Positions 45,541 to 55,604 are shown, counted from the stretch's first letter. The stretch is DNA of 64,000 bases from Oscillospiraceae bacterium (GCA_015064085.1 SVSX01000003.1:9145-73144); one strand, 5' to 3'. Notes: generated from the sequence alone by a model not told the origin. A program made the numbers and translations.

Positions 45541-47772
45541 ATGAAAAAATTAACATCTATTATATGTTTGATGTTTGCGTTTGTTCTGATATTGGCTCTT
45601 CCTGTAAGCGCATCCGCGCCGTATGAGACCTATACCTACTCCATTAACGGAACAGCTCTTTCGTCACCCGACGCGTACATTCCCGTAAAAACGGTCGATG
45701 CTATCGCAATGGGTCTCAATGATGATGCAACATTTAAGGAGTTATATCCTGATCTGACAAATGCAAAGACAATTGAGGCTAAGAAGACTCTTGCAAACCC
45801 CGCAGACCTTGAGGTCGATGATCAGATGAACGTTTATATCGCTGATACCGATAATAACAGAATTCTGGTTCTTGACCGTTACTACAAGATAAAGTTCGTT
45901 ATCGAGGGATTCGTTAACGATCAGGGCGTTAAGGATGCTCTTGCAGGTCCTAAGGGTGTGTTTATCACATCCGACAAGGTCGTAAACGGTGAGGTCGTTC
46001 CCGGACGAATCTTCGTTTGCGATACAGTAAACAGCAGAATCGTAACCTTTAACCGCGACGGTGAATTCCTTGGAATAATTCCTCAGCCCGAGTCCGAGCT
46101 CTTCGAGGAAGGCGCAGTTTATAAGCCTGTTGCCGTGGCTGTTGACCAGTACGACAGAATGTATGTCGTATCCGAGACAACCTATCAGGGTATCATCGTT
46201 ATGACTGACACCGGAGAATTCACAGGATTTATCGGAGCACAGAAGGCTACTGTAGGACTTTGGGACCTTATCTGGAGAAGATTCCAGACAGAGGCTCAGA
46301 GAGCAAAGACCGATAAGGTCCTCTCAACAGAGTTCAACAACATCACCATTAATGATGGCGGATTTATCTACGTTACCACATCCTCTATCGAGGAGGCGAG
46401 CGTTGCTTCCGCTATCAACAGTAAGAGTAAGAGCGGTGAGTACGCTCCCGTTAAGATGCTCAACGCGGCAGGTGAGGAGATCATGAGACGTAACGGTTTC
46501 TATCCTCCTTCCGGTGAAGTTGATATGGCAAAGGCAAAGGTAACCGACACCGCTCTTGGTCCGTCCAAGATCGTTGACGTTGCCATAGGTCCTGAGCAGA
46601 CCTGGTCGATCATAGACCAGAAGCGAAGCAAGGTGTTCACATATGACTATGACGGAAACCTCCTCTTCGCGTTCGGTGATACGGGTGAACAGCTCGGTAA
46701 TATCACATCCCAGGGACTTAACGCGATCGTATATCAGGGCGACACAATGCTTCTCCTTGATAAGACCGCAAAGTCTATTTCGGTTTTCCAGCGTACAGAG
46801 TATGGTGATATCATCGTAAAGGCACTTGAAAACCAGAACAACCGCCAGTATGATAAGTCGATTGACGACTGGATGGAGATCCTTAAGAGAAACTCTAACT
46901 TTGACGCAGCTTACATCGGAATCGGAAACGCTCTTTACAGAAGCGGTCAGTTCGAGGAAGCTATCGAGTATTACAAGGCTGCATACGATACAGAAAACTA
47001 CTCCAACGCATACAAGGAGCTCAGAAAAGAGTGGATCTCCAAGTATATCATTTGGATCCCGATCGTTGCTATCGCTATTATCGTCGCTTGGTCAAAGTTT
47101 ATGAAGTTTGCCAAGAAGGTCAATAAGCGTACAGCGACCGCGGGCGGAAAACGTACATACGTTCAGGAATTGCTCTACGTGTTCCACGTAATGTTCCATC
47201 CCTTTGACGGCTTCTGGGATATGAAGCACGAGAAGAGAGGTTCGGTAAGAGCAGGTGCAACGATCCTTGTTATAGCACTTGCGGCATTCTACTACCAGAA
47301 TATCGGTTCGGGTTACATTAACAATCCTCAGGAGATCTATGGAACGATCTTCTCCGTATCCCTCGGAGTTATCATTCCTCTCGTTCTCTGGATTGTCGCA
47401 AACTGGTGTCTCACAACACTGTTCGACGGAGAGGGAAGCATCAAGGATATCTTTATAGCAACAACATACTCCTTAGCTCCTCTCGTTCTCTGTATGGTTC
47501 CCGCAACCATCGCGTCCAACTTCGTTGTCGCTGCAGAAGCTGATATCGTCAGCCTGCTTGTAACACTTGGATTTATCTGGGCAGGACTTCTCATATTCCT
47601 CGGAATGATGGTCACACACGACTACTCCCTTGGAAAGAACGTTCTCACCAGCCTTGGAACAATCGTTGGAATGGTTTGCATAATGTTTATAGCAATACTC
47701 TTCACAACACTTTTGGGCAAGCTCGTAAGCTTTGTTTCCAACATCGTTATCGAGCTCCAGTACCGAGCGTAA
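45541..47772 (+). CDS. secreted NHL-repeat beta-propeller, TPR and C-terminal Yip1-type polytopic membrane domain protein
   Basis: Signal peptide. About six NHL-like blades (VYIADTDNNRILVLD, IFVCDTVNSRIVTFNRDGEF ...). TPR-like YRSGQFEEAIEYYKAAY. C-terminal five-TM Yip1-like region (FHPFDGFW...). Confidence 0.7.
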   Translation: MKKLTSIICLMFAFVLILALPVSASAPYETYTYSINGTALSSPDAYIPVKTVDAIAMGLNDDATFKELYPDLTNAKTIEAKKTLANPADLEVDDQMNVYIADTDNNRILVLDRYYKIKFVIEGFVNDQGVKDALAGPKGVFITSDKVVNGEVVPGRIFVCDTVNSRIVTFNRDGEFLGIIPQPESELFEEGAVYKPVAVAVDQYDRMYVVSETTYQGIIVMTDTGEFTGFIGAQKATVGLWDLIWRRFQTEAQRAKTDKVLSTEFNNITINDGGFIYVTTSSIEEASVASAINSKSKSGEYAPVKMLNAAGEEIMRRNGFYPPSGEVDMAKAKVTDTALGPSKIVDVAIGPEQTWSIIDQKRSKVFTYDYDGNLLFAFGDTGEQLGNITSQGLNAIVYQGDTMLLLDKTAKSISVFQRTEYGDIIVKALENQNNRQYDKSIDDWMEILKRNSNFDAAYIGIGNALYRSGQFEEAIEYYKAAYDTENYSNAYKELRKEWISKYIIWIPIVAIAIIVAWSKFMKFAKKVNKRTATAGGKRTYVQELLYVFHVMFHPFDGFWDMKHEKRGSVRAGATILVIALAAFYYQNIGSGYINNPQEIYGTIFSVSLGVIIPLVLWIVANWCLTTLFDGEGSIKDIFIATTYSLAPLVLCMVPATIASNFVVAAEADIVSLLVTLGFIWAGLLIFLGMMVTHDYSLGKNVLTSLGTIVGMVCIMFIAILFTTLLGKLVSFVSNIVIELQYRA

Positions 47773-47791
47773 ACAGATAGGAGGAAGAAAA

Positions 47792-50700
47792 ATGATGATA
47801 AAAAGAATACTTTCGACCTTTTTAGCTGTGATTATGCTTATGGGATCATTTGCGGTCCTTACCTTCGCTGAGGAAGGCGCAGGTGAAACGACAGAGACAG
47901 AAAAGGTAGAATATACATACAATACCACGTCAGAAAAGCCCTCGATGGACTACCTTAAGGGTATGACTATCGTAGAGCTTGACAAAGACGGTAATCCCGT
48001 TGTTGAGGGAGCAGTACCTACTCCCATCGTAACAAAGGAAGATAAGCTCGCAACCATGGACCTTCGCTTCGAGAAGGACGGCTACCGCCTTTACGTAGAC
48101 GCCTACAGCGGAGAGGTCGCAACTGTTTGCGTAGCAACGGGTGAAATACTCTTCACAAACCCTTATAACACGGGAAGCCAGAAGGCACAGCCCGAAATTA
48201 AGGAAAAGCTGCTCTCCCAGATCGTCGTTAAGTATGCCGACAAGGCAAACAACGGTGAGACCAAGGAGTTCTACAGCTTTGAGGAAACAATTCAGGGTGA
48301 GTCGGATGATACCCCTTACCCTCCCAGCCAGATCGACGTAAAGAATATCAAGAACGGTATTCGTGTTGAGTACACGATCGGTCGTGAAGAGGCAAGAATG
48401 CTTCTTCCTATGCAGATCGAAAAGTCTGCTTTCGAGACCAAGATCCTCGAGGTTATGGCATCCAACCTTGATGACGGAGTAAAGAACTTCACATACAGAC
48501 AGTTCGAATCCTTCTACAGACTTCAGGACCCCGATGCAGCGCCCAGTGAGGAAATGAGAAAGCTTATGCTGGATCTTTACCCCATCACAAAGAAGATGGA
48601 CGTTTATATACTCGATTCCTCCCTCACGTCCGTTAAGAAGGCAAGAGCAGAGTCCTACATCAAGACCTACTGCCCCAGCTACACTTACGAGCATCTGGAA
48701 GAGGACCATCTCTACGCAGAATATGAGGCTAAGGACGAGAATCCTCCTCTGTTCAAGATGGCACTTGAGTATACTCTCGGAACTGACGGAGTTAGCGTAA
48801 GACTTCCTTCGAACGGTATCCGTTTCAATGAGTCGCTCTACCAGCTCGAGCATATCGAGATCCTCCCCTTTATGGGTGCGGGTGCTAACCCCAACGCGGG
48901 TTATACCTTCTATCCCGACGGATCGGGCGCTCTCTTCGATTTCCAGAAGATAGCTAACTCGGGTACAAAGACCGTCGTTACGGGTAAGATATACGGTCAG
49001 GACTACGTTTACCACGAGATCATAGGTAAGCATCAGGAGATCGTAAGATATCCTGTATTCGGACTCGTTGAGACCGAAAGCTACGTTGTAACAAAGGATA
49101 CCGGAAAGGTAGATCCCGAAACGAACACTGCTATTACCGAGGAAGTAACAGAATATCAGGATCGCGGATTCTTCGCGATAGTTGAAGAGGGTGAGGCTCT
49201 TATGGAGCTGACCACCGAGCATGAGGTCAAGCAGCATCCCTTCAATACAGTTAAAATGAAGGTTCGTCCCAGACCTTCCGACAAGTATAACGTCGCGGAC
49301 GCTATCTCTGTTGGTGAAAACAAGGAATTTACCGTTGTTTCGCCCAGAAAGTACGCGGGAAGCTTCAAGGTCAAGTATATTATGCTGACCGATGAGGACC
49401 TTGCTAAGGAAAAGGGACTTGAGAACACATACGATACCGATTATATGGGAATGGCTAAGGCATACAGAGATTATCTCGAAAAGAACGGCACTCTTACCAG
49501 ACTCACAGAAGAGGATGTATCCGAGGATATTCCTCTCTACATCGAGACATTCGGTGCTCTCGAAACAACAAAGAAGGTTCTTTCCATCCCTGTAAGCACA
49601 ATGGCTCCTCTTACATCCTTTGAGGATATCAAGACGATGCACAAGGAGCTCAGCGCAGAGGGCGTAAAGAATATCAACTTTATCCTTACAGGCTATACCA
49701 AGGGCGGTATGACCGAGATCGCTTATCCTTCTGATCTTAAGTGGGAAAAGGCGGTCGGCGGTGAGGAAGGATTCGAGGATCTCGTTGCTTACGCAAAAGA
49801 GAACAAGATCGGAATATTCCCCGACTTTGACTTCGTATTCCTCGCAAACAACACACTTACAGACGGCGTAAGCCTTAAGAATCACGCTGTTAAGACTATC
49901 GATAACAGATATACAAGTAAGCGTGTTTACAGTGCTACCAAGCAGACACACATAAGCTACTATGAGCTTGCGATCTCTCCCGCATATTTCCACGAGTTCT
50001 ATGAGGGCTTCACTGAGAAATATCTCGAGAGCGATCCTATCGGTATTTCGGTTTCAACTCTCGGATATTATCTTAACTCCGACTTTGACGAGGATGAGCC
50101 TTACAACCGTGAGGACTCCAAGGAGTTCACCATTGACGCGTTCAAGCACTTTGATGAGAAATACTCCAAGGTAATGACCTCAGGCGGTAACTCCTACTCT
50201 TGGAAGTACGTTGACTACATTACCGACGTTGCTCTTGACTCCAGCCGTTACGCTCAGGCAGCGGCATCTGTACCTTTCCTTGGAATCGTTCTCCACGGTT
50301 ACGTTCAGATCGCGGGAACACCTATCAATATGGAAGGTAACATCGATTACACCCTTCTTAAGGCAATCGAAAACGGCGCATCGCTCAACTTTATCCTTTC
50401 TTATCAGAACACAGACCTCCTCAAGGAGTCTGTAATATACAACCAGTATTACTCTGTAAGATATGATATCTGGTTCAGCGACGTTGTAAACCTTTATAAT
50501 GAGCTTAACGCACTCCTTAAGGATCTTCAGACGAGCGTTATCGTTGACCACAAGTTCCTTGTAGGTGAGCGTGTTCCCGATGCGGATGAGCTTGAGGCTG
50601 ATGCTCGCGCAGAGCTTGAAGCGGCAATAGAGCTTGAAAAGGCTCTCAAGGAAGCTGCTACAGAGAGTGAGAGAAAGGCGATCCGCGCGGCACTCGACGG

Positions 50701-51382
50701 AATTGTTACAAACACAAATCAGGTATCCACATACCTCAGCTCGATAGAGACAAAGCTCGTGTCTCTCGCAAAATATGATTTCGATGCCGCAATGGCAGCT
50801 GTTGACGCAGCAAAGCTTGCTTACGATGCAGACGTTAATTCCGCTGATCTCAAGAAGGCGTATGAAGATGCAGTAACCGCTGCAACCAATACACTTAATA
50901 TGATCTACGGATACGCGGAGGGTATTTCAACCGACGCTCAGTTTGCAGATCGTTACCAGGGATTTGCTAAGGAAAACATAGACTTCATTATTGCAAACTC
51001 CAAGCTTAGCGATGCTGTCATCAATGACTACCAGCTCGTTGTTGACGCAAGTGCTGCAGTAAATGCTCAGATCCAGGCAAAGGCTGCTGATATAAAGGCT
51101 ATCGCAGTTGCTGCATACGAAAAGATCAAGGTTCACGAGACCACAACAGCTAAGCCCTTCGAGGATAAGCTTATAAATCCTGTAACTCCTCCTCCCGCAG
51201 GAACGGTAGAGGAAGAGGAGAAGCCTGTTTCCAGATATATTTCTGACGACAACAAGATCATTCTTGTTTCGTACAGCAATGGAACATCCTTCATTCTTAA
51301 CTTCAACGATTACGACATTACAACAGTCGTAAACGATACAGTTTACACAGTCGTATCTTACGGATACGTTGTACTCAAATAA
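47792..51382 (+). CDS. 1196-aa secreted protein of unknown function (possibly DUF5696-like, possible glycosidase-like core) with Ala/Asp/Glu-rich helical C-terminal region
   Basis: GGAGGAAG RBS before MMIKRIL and a signal peptide. Central region with IGIFPDFDFVF, SGGNSYSWKY, FLGIVLHGY. C-terminal ~250 aa helical, then a small beta domain. Confidence 0.6.
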   Translation: MMIKRILSTFLAVIMLMGSFAVLTFAEEGAGETTETEKVEYTYNTTSEKPSMDYLKGMTIVELDKDGNPVVEGAVPTPIVTKEDKLATMDLRFEKDGYRLYVDAYSGEVATVCVATGEILFTNPYNTGSQKAQPEIKEKLLSQIVVKYADKANNGETKEFYSFEETIQGESDDTPYPPSQIDVKNIKNGIRVEYTIGREEARMLLPMQIEKSAFETKILEVMASNLDDGVKNFTYRQFESFYRLQDPDAAPSEEMRKLMLDLYPITKKMDVYILDSSLTSVKKARAESYIKTYCPSYTYEHLEEDHLYAEYEAKDENPPLFKMALEYTLGTDGVSVRLPSNGIRFNESLYQLEHIEILPFMGAGANPNAGYTFYPDGSGALFDFQKIANSGTKTVVTGKIYGQDYVYHEIIGKHQEIVRYPVFGLVETESYVVTKDTGKVDPETNTAITEEVTEYQDRGFFAIVEEGEALMELTTEHEVKQHPFNTVKMKVRPRPSDKYNVADAISVGENKEFTVVSPRKYAGSFKVKYIMLTDEDLAKEKGLENTYDTDYMGMAKAYRDYLEKNGTLTRLTEEDVSEDIPLYIETFGALETTKKVLSIPVSTMAPLTSFEDIKTMHKELSAEGVKNINFILTGYTKGGMTEIAYPSDLKWEKAVGGEEGFEDLVAYAKENKIGIFPDFDFVFLANNTLTDGVSLKNHAVKTIDNRYTSKRVYSATKQTHISYYELAISPAYFHEFYEGFTEKYLESDPIGISVSTLGYYLNSDFDEDEPYNREDSKEFTIDAFKHFDEKYSKVMTSGGNSYSWKYVDYITDVALDSSRYAQAAASVPFLGIVLHGYVQIAGTPINMEGNIDYTLLKAIENGASLNFILSYQNTDLLKESVIYNQYYSVRYDIWFSDVVNLYNELNALLKDLQTSVIVDHKFLVGERVPDADELEADARAELEAAIELEKALKEAATESERKAIRAALDGIVTNTNQVSTYLSSIETKLVSLAKYDFDAAMAAVDAAKLAYDADVNSADLKKAYEDAVTAATNTLNMIYGYAEGISTDAQFADRYQGFAKENIDFIIANSKLSDAVINDYQLVVDASAAVNAQIQAKAADIKAIAVAAYEKIKVHETTTAKPFEDKLINPVTPPPAGTVEEEEKPVSRYISDDNKIILVSYSNGTSFILNFNDYDITTVVNDTVYTVVSYGYVVLK

Positions 51383-51401
51383 TTAAAGGGAGGTAATGAA
51401 A

Positions 51402-52355
51402 ATGACAAAAGACGTAAAAGTAAAAGCACCCAAAAAGAGAAAATCAGCCTCCCTTGAAAGACGTAAGGCGCGTGGCGGATGGATATTTGTCGCACCCTTC
51501 GTTATCGGATTTTTGCTGATCTACCTTCCTATGGTAGTTGATTCGATCACATACAGCTTTAACACAATTAAGGTCATCCCCGGCGTAGGATATGAGCTTA
51601 TTCCTGTTGGATGGGCAAACTACTACGAAGCGCTCTTCGATGACCCCGACTACCTGCAGACCCTTATCAAGGGATTGCAGACACTCGCCCTTGACGTTCC
51701 TATGATAATCATCTTCTCGCTCTTTATGGCGGTTCTTCTGAACCAGAAGATGGCAGGACGCGCGGCGTTCAGAGCGATCTTCTTCCTCCCCGTTATTCTT
51801 TCAACGGGTATTATGGAGGAGATCAGAGCATCCAACGCATTTACCGAGTACGCGGGAAGCACTGAGGGTATCGACGACGGATCGGGACAGAACGCATCCT
51901 CCGAGATCGTTTCCTCGATGGACGTTGAGCGACTCTTCTCGGGAATGGCAGTTGGTGAAGGACTTGTTGAGTACGTAGCTCAGGCAATCAACAACATTTA
52001 CAACATTGTAAACCGTTCAGGTGTACAGATGCTTATATTCCTTTCGGGTCTTCAGTCTATCTCTCCCGCTATCTATGAGTCGGTTCAGATCGACGGAGCA
52101 ACCGCTTGGGAGACCTTCTGGAAGATAACATTCCCGATGATAACGCCTATGATCCTAGTTAACGTGGTCTATACGATCATTGACTCGTTTACGACCAACT
52201 CCAACCAGGTCATGGTATTTATCCAGAATATGTACACAGAGAACAACGTTCTCAGCTCTGCAATGGCGTGGATTTATTTCCTGGTAGTAATACTGATCCT
52301 TGCTGTGGTATCTGCCATTATGTCGGCATTCGTATTCTACCAGAGACGTGATTGA
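51402..52355 (+). CDS. sugar ABC transporter permease (MalF-like), pair 2
   Basis: GGGAGG RBS. Basic N-terminus then TMs. EAA region YESVQIDGATAWETFWKITFPMITP. The alternative ATG at 51396 is too close to the RBS. Confidence 0.8.
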   Translation: MTKDVKVKAPKKRKSASLERRKARGGWIFVAPFVIGFLLIYLPMVVDSITYSFNTIKVIPGVGYELIPVGWANYYEALFDDPDYLQTLIKGLQTLALDVPMIIIFSLFMAVLLNQKMAGRAAFRAIFFLPVILSTGIMEEIRASNAFTEYAGSTEGIDDGSGQNASSEIVSSMDVERLFSGMAVGEGLVEYVAQAINNIYNIVNRSGVQMLIFLSGLQSISPAIYESVQIDGATAWETFWKITFPMITPMILVNVVYTIIDSFTTNSNQVMVFIQNMYTENNVLSSAMAWIYFLVVILILAVVSAIMSAFVFYQRRD

Positions 52356-52368
52356 GAGGAGGATAACA

Positions 52369-53484
52369 ATGAACGCACAACAGATCGATAATAAGCCGAA
52401 GGTACAGAAAGAGTCTAAGAATAAAATAAGAGTTGAGTTTGAGAGAACACCTCTTAAAGAAAGACTCAAGGCTAAATTCCTCTCATTGTTCTTCCTTAAG
52501 AAGGTAGTTTGGTACATCTTCAGACTTGTTCTTCTTATTGGTATCGCGTACGTGGTACTTTTCCCCTTCTTCTCCGAGGTCGCGGGCTCAATAATGGCGC
52601 CTCAGGACTTCAAGGACGTTGAAGTTAGACTTATTCCTAAGAATTTTTCACTTGATATCTACAAAGCAATATGGACCGAGCTTGAGTACGTAAAGGCGTT
52701 TACCAATACCCTCATTCTCGCACTTGTAACGGCTTTGATCCAGACCTTCATATGCAGCTTCGTTGCATACGGTCTCGCAAAGTTTAAGTTCAAGGGCAAC
52801 AAGCTTGTATTCTTTGCAGTTATCTTCTCGCTGGTAGTTCCTCATCAGACACTTCAGCTCTCGCTCTTTATGGAGTTCCGTTATTTCGATATTCTCGGAA
52901 TAGCAAAGCTGCTCAACGGCGGCGGAATCGAGCTCTTCGGACGCACATTCCTTCAGTCGATAGACGTGATCCCCGATTCGTGGAAGCTCTTCACACCCGG
53001 TGGAATTACACTTACAAACACCTATTGGCCTTGGATAATCCTCTCCCTTTCGGGTCTCGCGTTTAAGAACGGTCTTTACATCTTCTTGCTCAGACAGTTC
53101 TTCAAGGGCGTTCCCGATGAGCTTGAGGAGTCGGCGTACATGGACGGCTCGGGTATTATAAAGACATTCTTCTCTATAATCCTGCCTCTTTCCGTGCCTA
53201 TGATGATCACGGTATTCCTCTTCGCCTTCTCTTGGCAGTGGACAGATACCTTCTACACAGACACATTCTTCACGATCCAGGATAAGGCAAAGCTCCTTCC
53301 CAAGATCGTTGGAATTCCCGACTCTCTTTCGGGAGTGGTCGACCCCGCTTACCAGAATCTCTACTATGCGGCGATCAGAAACACCTGCGGAATTATGATA
53401 ATAGCTCCGCTGGTCGTACTCTATCTCTTCTGCCAGAGATTCCTTGTTCAGGGTATCGAGCGTTCGGGACTTACAGCGGATTGA
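52369..53484 (+). CDS. carbohydrate ABC transporter permease (MalG-like) with long N-terminal extension, pair 2
   Basis: GAGGAGG RBS before MNAQQID. EAA region ESAYMDGSGIIKTFFSIILPLSVP. Confidence 0.8.
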   Translation: MNAQQIDNKPKVQKESKNKIRVEFERTPLKERLKAKFLSLFFLKKVVWYIFRLVLLIGIAYVVLFPFFSEVAGSIMAPQDFKDVEVRLIPKNFSLDIYKAIWTELEYVKAFTNTLILALVTALIQTFICSFVAYGLAKFKFKGNKLVFFAVIFSLVVPHQTLQLSLFMEFRYFDILGIAKLLNGGGIELFGRTFLQSIDVIPDSWKLFTPGGITLTNTYWPWIILSLSGLAFKNGLYIFLLRQFFKGVPDELEESAYMDGSGIIKTFFSIILPLSVPMMITVFLFAFSWQWTDTFYTDTFFTIQDKAKLLPKIVGIPDSLSGVVDPAYQNLYYAAIRNTCGIMIIAPLVVLYLFCQRFLVQGIERSGLTAD

Positions 53485-53522
53485 TCGAAAAAATTCGCAA
53501 AAACTCAAAAAAACAAAAAATA

Positions 53523-53557
53523 CCCACGGTTTCTTTACGAAGCCGTGGGCTTTTTTT
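53523..53557 (+). terminator. rho-independent terminator ending the ABC cassette
   Basis: CCCACGGTTTC / GAAGCCGTGGG stem followed by a TTTTTTT run. Confidence 0.8.
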
Positions 53558-53610
53558 ATATAAAAATAGGAAATTTTTTGCGAAAAGAGGGAAGAGGTTA
53601 AATAATTCTC

Positions 53611-53639
53611 TTGACAAAAGGAATAATTTCGTGTACAAT
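53611..53639 (+). promoter_or_regulatory. sigma-A promoter upstream of rny
   Basis: TTGACA (53611-53616), 17 nt, TACAAT (53634-53639). Confidence 0.6.
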
Positions 53640-53776
53640 ATAATTATATATGTGTCATAAGATGCGATAGTGTTTTACGTTATTGTGATATATAAGAAAA
53701 GCAGTCAGGTGAAGGAAGGTCCTTTATATGATTGCATTCAGCTCAGGAATTCAAATTAAAACAAGGAGGTGTCATA

Positions 53777-55327
53777 ATGGAATTATGGGGTTGGATCTTG
53801 CTTGTTGGCGCGTGTATCCTTACAACTGTTGTCGGTATCGTGATCGGAATAGTGATCCGTAAAAGTATCGGTGAAAGAAAAATAGGATCAGCGGAAAACG
53901 AAGCAAAACGAATAAGAGACGATGCGGCAAAAGAAGCCGAGTCGATGAAAAAAGAAGCGCTTATCAGTGCGAAGGAAGATATTCTGCGTCAGAGAAATGA
54001 GGCGGAAAAGGAACTTAAAGAACGAAGAACCGAAATAACAAGAACCGAGAGAAGAATCTCCCAGAAGGAAGAAAATCTTGACAAAAAGGCAGAGGGACTT
54101 GAGCGTAAGAACGAACAGCTTGATAAAAAGCTCAAGGAGAACGATGCCGTAAGAGAGCAGATAAACGCACTGCTTAAAAAAGAAGAGGAGGTTCTCGAAA
54201 AGATCGCCGGTATTTCGGCTGATGAGGCGAAGGAGGAGCTTATAACCAGAGTTGAGTCTGAGGTAAAGAACGAGCTTGCTCAGCGCCTTGCCGACCTTGA
54301 GGCAAAATTCAAGGAGGAAGCCGATACAAAGGCAAAGAACATAATCTCTCTCGCAATTCAGCGTTGTGCCGCGGATCACGTGGCTGAAACGACTATCTCG
54401 GTCGTGTCGCTTCCCAACGAGGATATGAAGGGAAGAATAATCGGACGAGAGGGAAGAAACATTCAGATGATAGAAAAGCTGACGGGTATCGAGCTTATAA
54501 TCGACGATACACCCGAGGCGATCACACTTTCGGGATTTGATCCCGTCAGAAGAGAAGTGGCAAGGATCACCCTTGAGAAGCTCATTTCCGACGGAAGAAT
54601 ACATCCCTCGAGAATTGAGGAGACCGTTGAAAAGGCAACTAAGGAGGTCGAAACAACGATCAAGCAGGCAGGAGAGAGGGCAACCTTTGACGTGGGAATC
54701 CACGGCATAAATCCTGAGCTTGTGAAAATGCTCGGACGTCTGAGATTCCGTACAAGCTACGGTCAAAACGTACTGAAGCACTCAATTGAGGTGGCGCTTA
54801 TAGCGGGAATGATAGCTGACGAGCTCGGAGTTGACAGCACCCTTGCCAAGAGAGCGGGACTGCTTCACGACATCGGTAAAGCGCAGACCCACGAGATGGA
54901 GGGCTCACATATTGAGCTCGGTGTAAATCTCGCAAAGAGATATAAAGAAAACCGCGATGTTATTCACGCAATCGAGGCTCACCACGGCGACGTGGAGGCT
55001 AAAACGATCACGGCAGTTATAGTCCAGGCGGCAGATGCGATATCGGCTGCGAGACCCGGAGCGCGCCGCGAGGATCTTGAGAATTATATCAAGAGACTTG
55101 AAAAGATCGAGGAAATTGCGAAGGGCTTCTCGGGAGTAGAAAAGGCATTTGCTGTTCAGGCGGGCAGAGAGATACGCGTTATGGTTAAACCCGAAGAGGT
55201 CAACGACGCGGGAATGACTGTTATCGCAAGAGAAATGGCAGCAAAGATCCAGGAAGAGGTCAACTACCCCGGACAGATCAAGATAAACGTCATAAGAGAA
55301 AGCCGCGCGATCGATTACGCAAAGTAA
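53777..55327 (+). CDS. rny: ribonuclease Y
   Basis: AGGAGG RBS before MELWGW. N-terminal TM, long coiled coil, KH domain ([12 protein letters not shown]) and HD domain (LLHDIGKA ... IEAHHGD). Confidence 0.93.
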   Translation: MELWGWILLVGACILTTVVGIVIGIVIRKSIGERKIGSAENEAKRIRDDAAKEAESMKKEALISAKEDILRQRNEAEKELKERRTEITRTERRISQKEENLDKKAEGLERKNEQLDKKLKENDAVREQINALLKKEEEVLEKIAGISADEAKEELITRVESEVKNELAQRLADLEAKFKEEADTKAKNIISLAIQRCAADHVAETTISVVSLPNEDMKGRIIGREGRNIQMIEKLTGIELIIDDTPEAITLSGFDPVRREVARITLEKLISDGRIHPSRIEETVEKATKEVETTIKQAGERATFDVGIHGINPELVKMLGRLRFRTSYGQNVLKHSIEVALIAGMIADELGVDSTLAKRAGLLHDIGKAQTHEMEGSHIELGVNLAKRYKENRDVIHAIEAHHGDVEAKTITAVIVQAADAISAARPGARREDLENYIKRLEKIEEIAKGFSGVEKAFAVQAGREIRVMVKPEEVNDAGMTVIAREMAAKIQEEVNYPGQIKINVIRESRAIDYAK

Positions 55328-55419
55328 TTGCGAAATTTTATCCCCTATGGGTATATATATATTTAATATAAAACCAATAAGGAATAAAGACGGTAAAGCC
55401 GTTTCAGATAGATGACTCG

Positions 55420-55460
55420 CAAGGCACAGAGCGAAATGCTCTGTGCCTTGTGTGCTTTTC
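55420..55460 (+). terminator. terminator hairpin downstream of rny
   Basis: 13-bp stem CAAGGCACAGAGC / GCTCTGTGCCTTG followed by a T-rich tract. Confidence 0.65.
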
Positions 55461-55480
55461 TATTATGAGTAGAACATGTT

Positions 55481-55517
55481 AGCAAAAGAAAAGCACACCC
55501 GCTTTTGCGGATGTGCT
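55481..55517 (-). terminator. terminator of the tRNA operon
   Basis: Minus strand AGCACATCCGC-AAAA-GCGGGTGTGCT followed by TTTCTTTT. Confidence 0.7.
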
Positions 55518-55523
55518 TTTTTC

Positions 55524-55601
55524 TGGGGAGAGATATGGGATTCGAACCCACGGCCTTCAGGGCCACAACCTGACGCGCTAACCAACTGCGCTAATCCCTC
55601 C
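55524..55601 (-). tRNA. tRNA-His (GTG), encoded CCA and G-1
   Basis: Hand-folded cloverleaf. Acceptor GAGGGAT/ATCTCTC, extra 5' G opposite C73, anticodon loop TTGTGGC, T-loop TTCGAAT. Confidence 0.85.
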
Positions 55602-55604
55602 ATA

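Noticed and set aside
47930-49993. 687-aa ORF on the minus strand inside the 1196-aa secreted protein gene
   Set aside because: It is antisense and codon-aligned to a gene with a strong RBS, a signal peptide and operon context. The sequence is compositionally odd and has no start context. It is the same codon-bias artefact as above.
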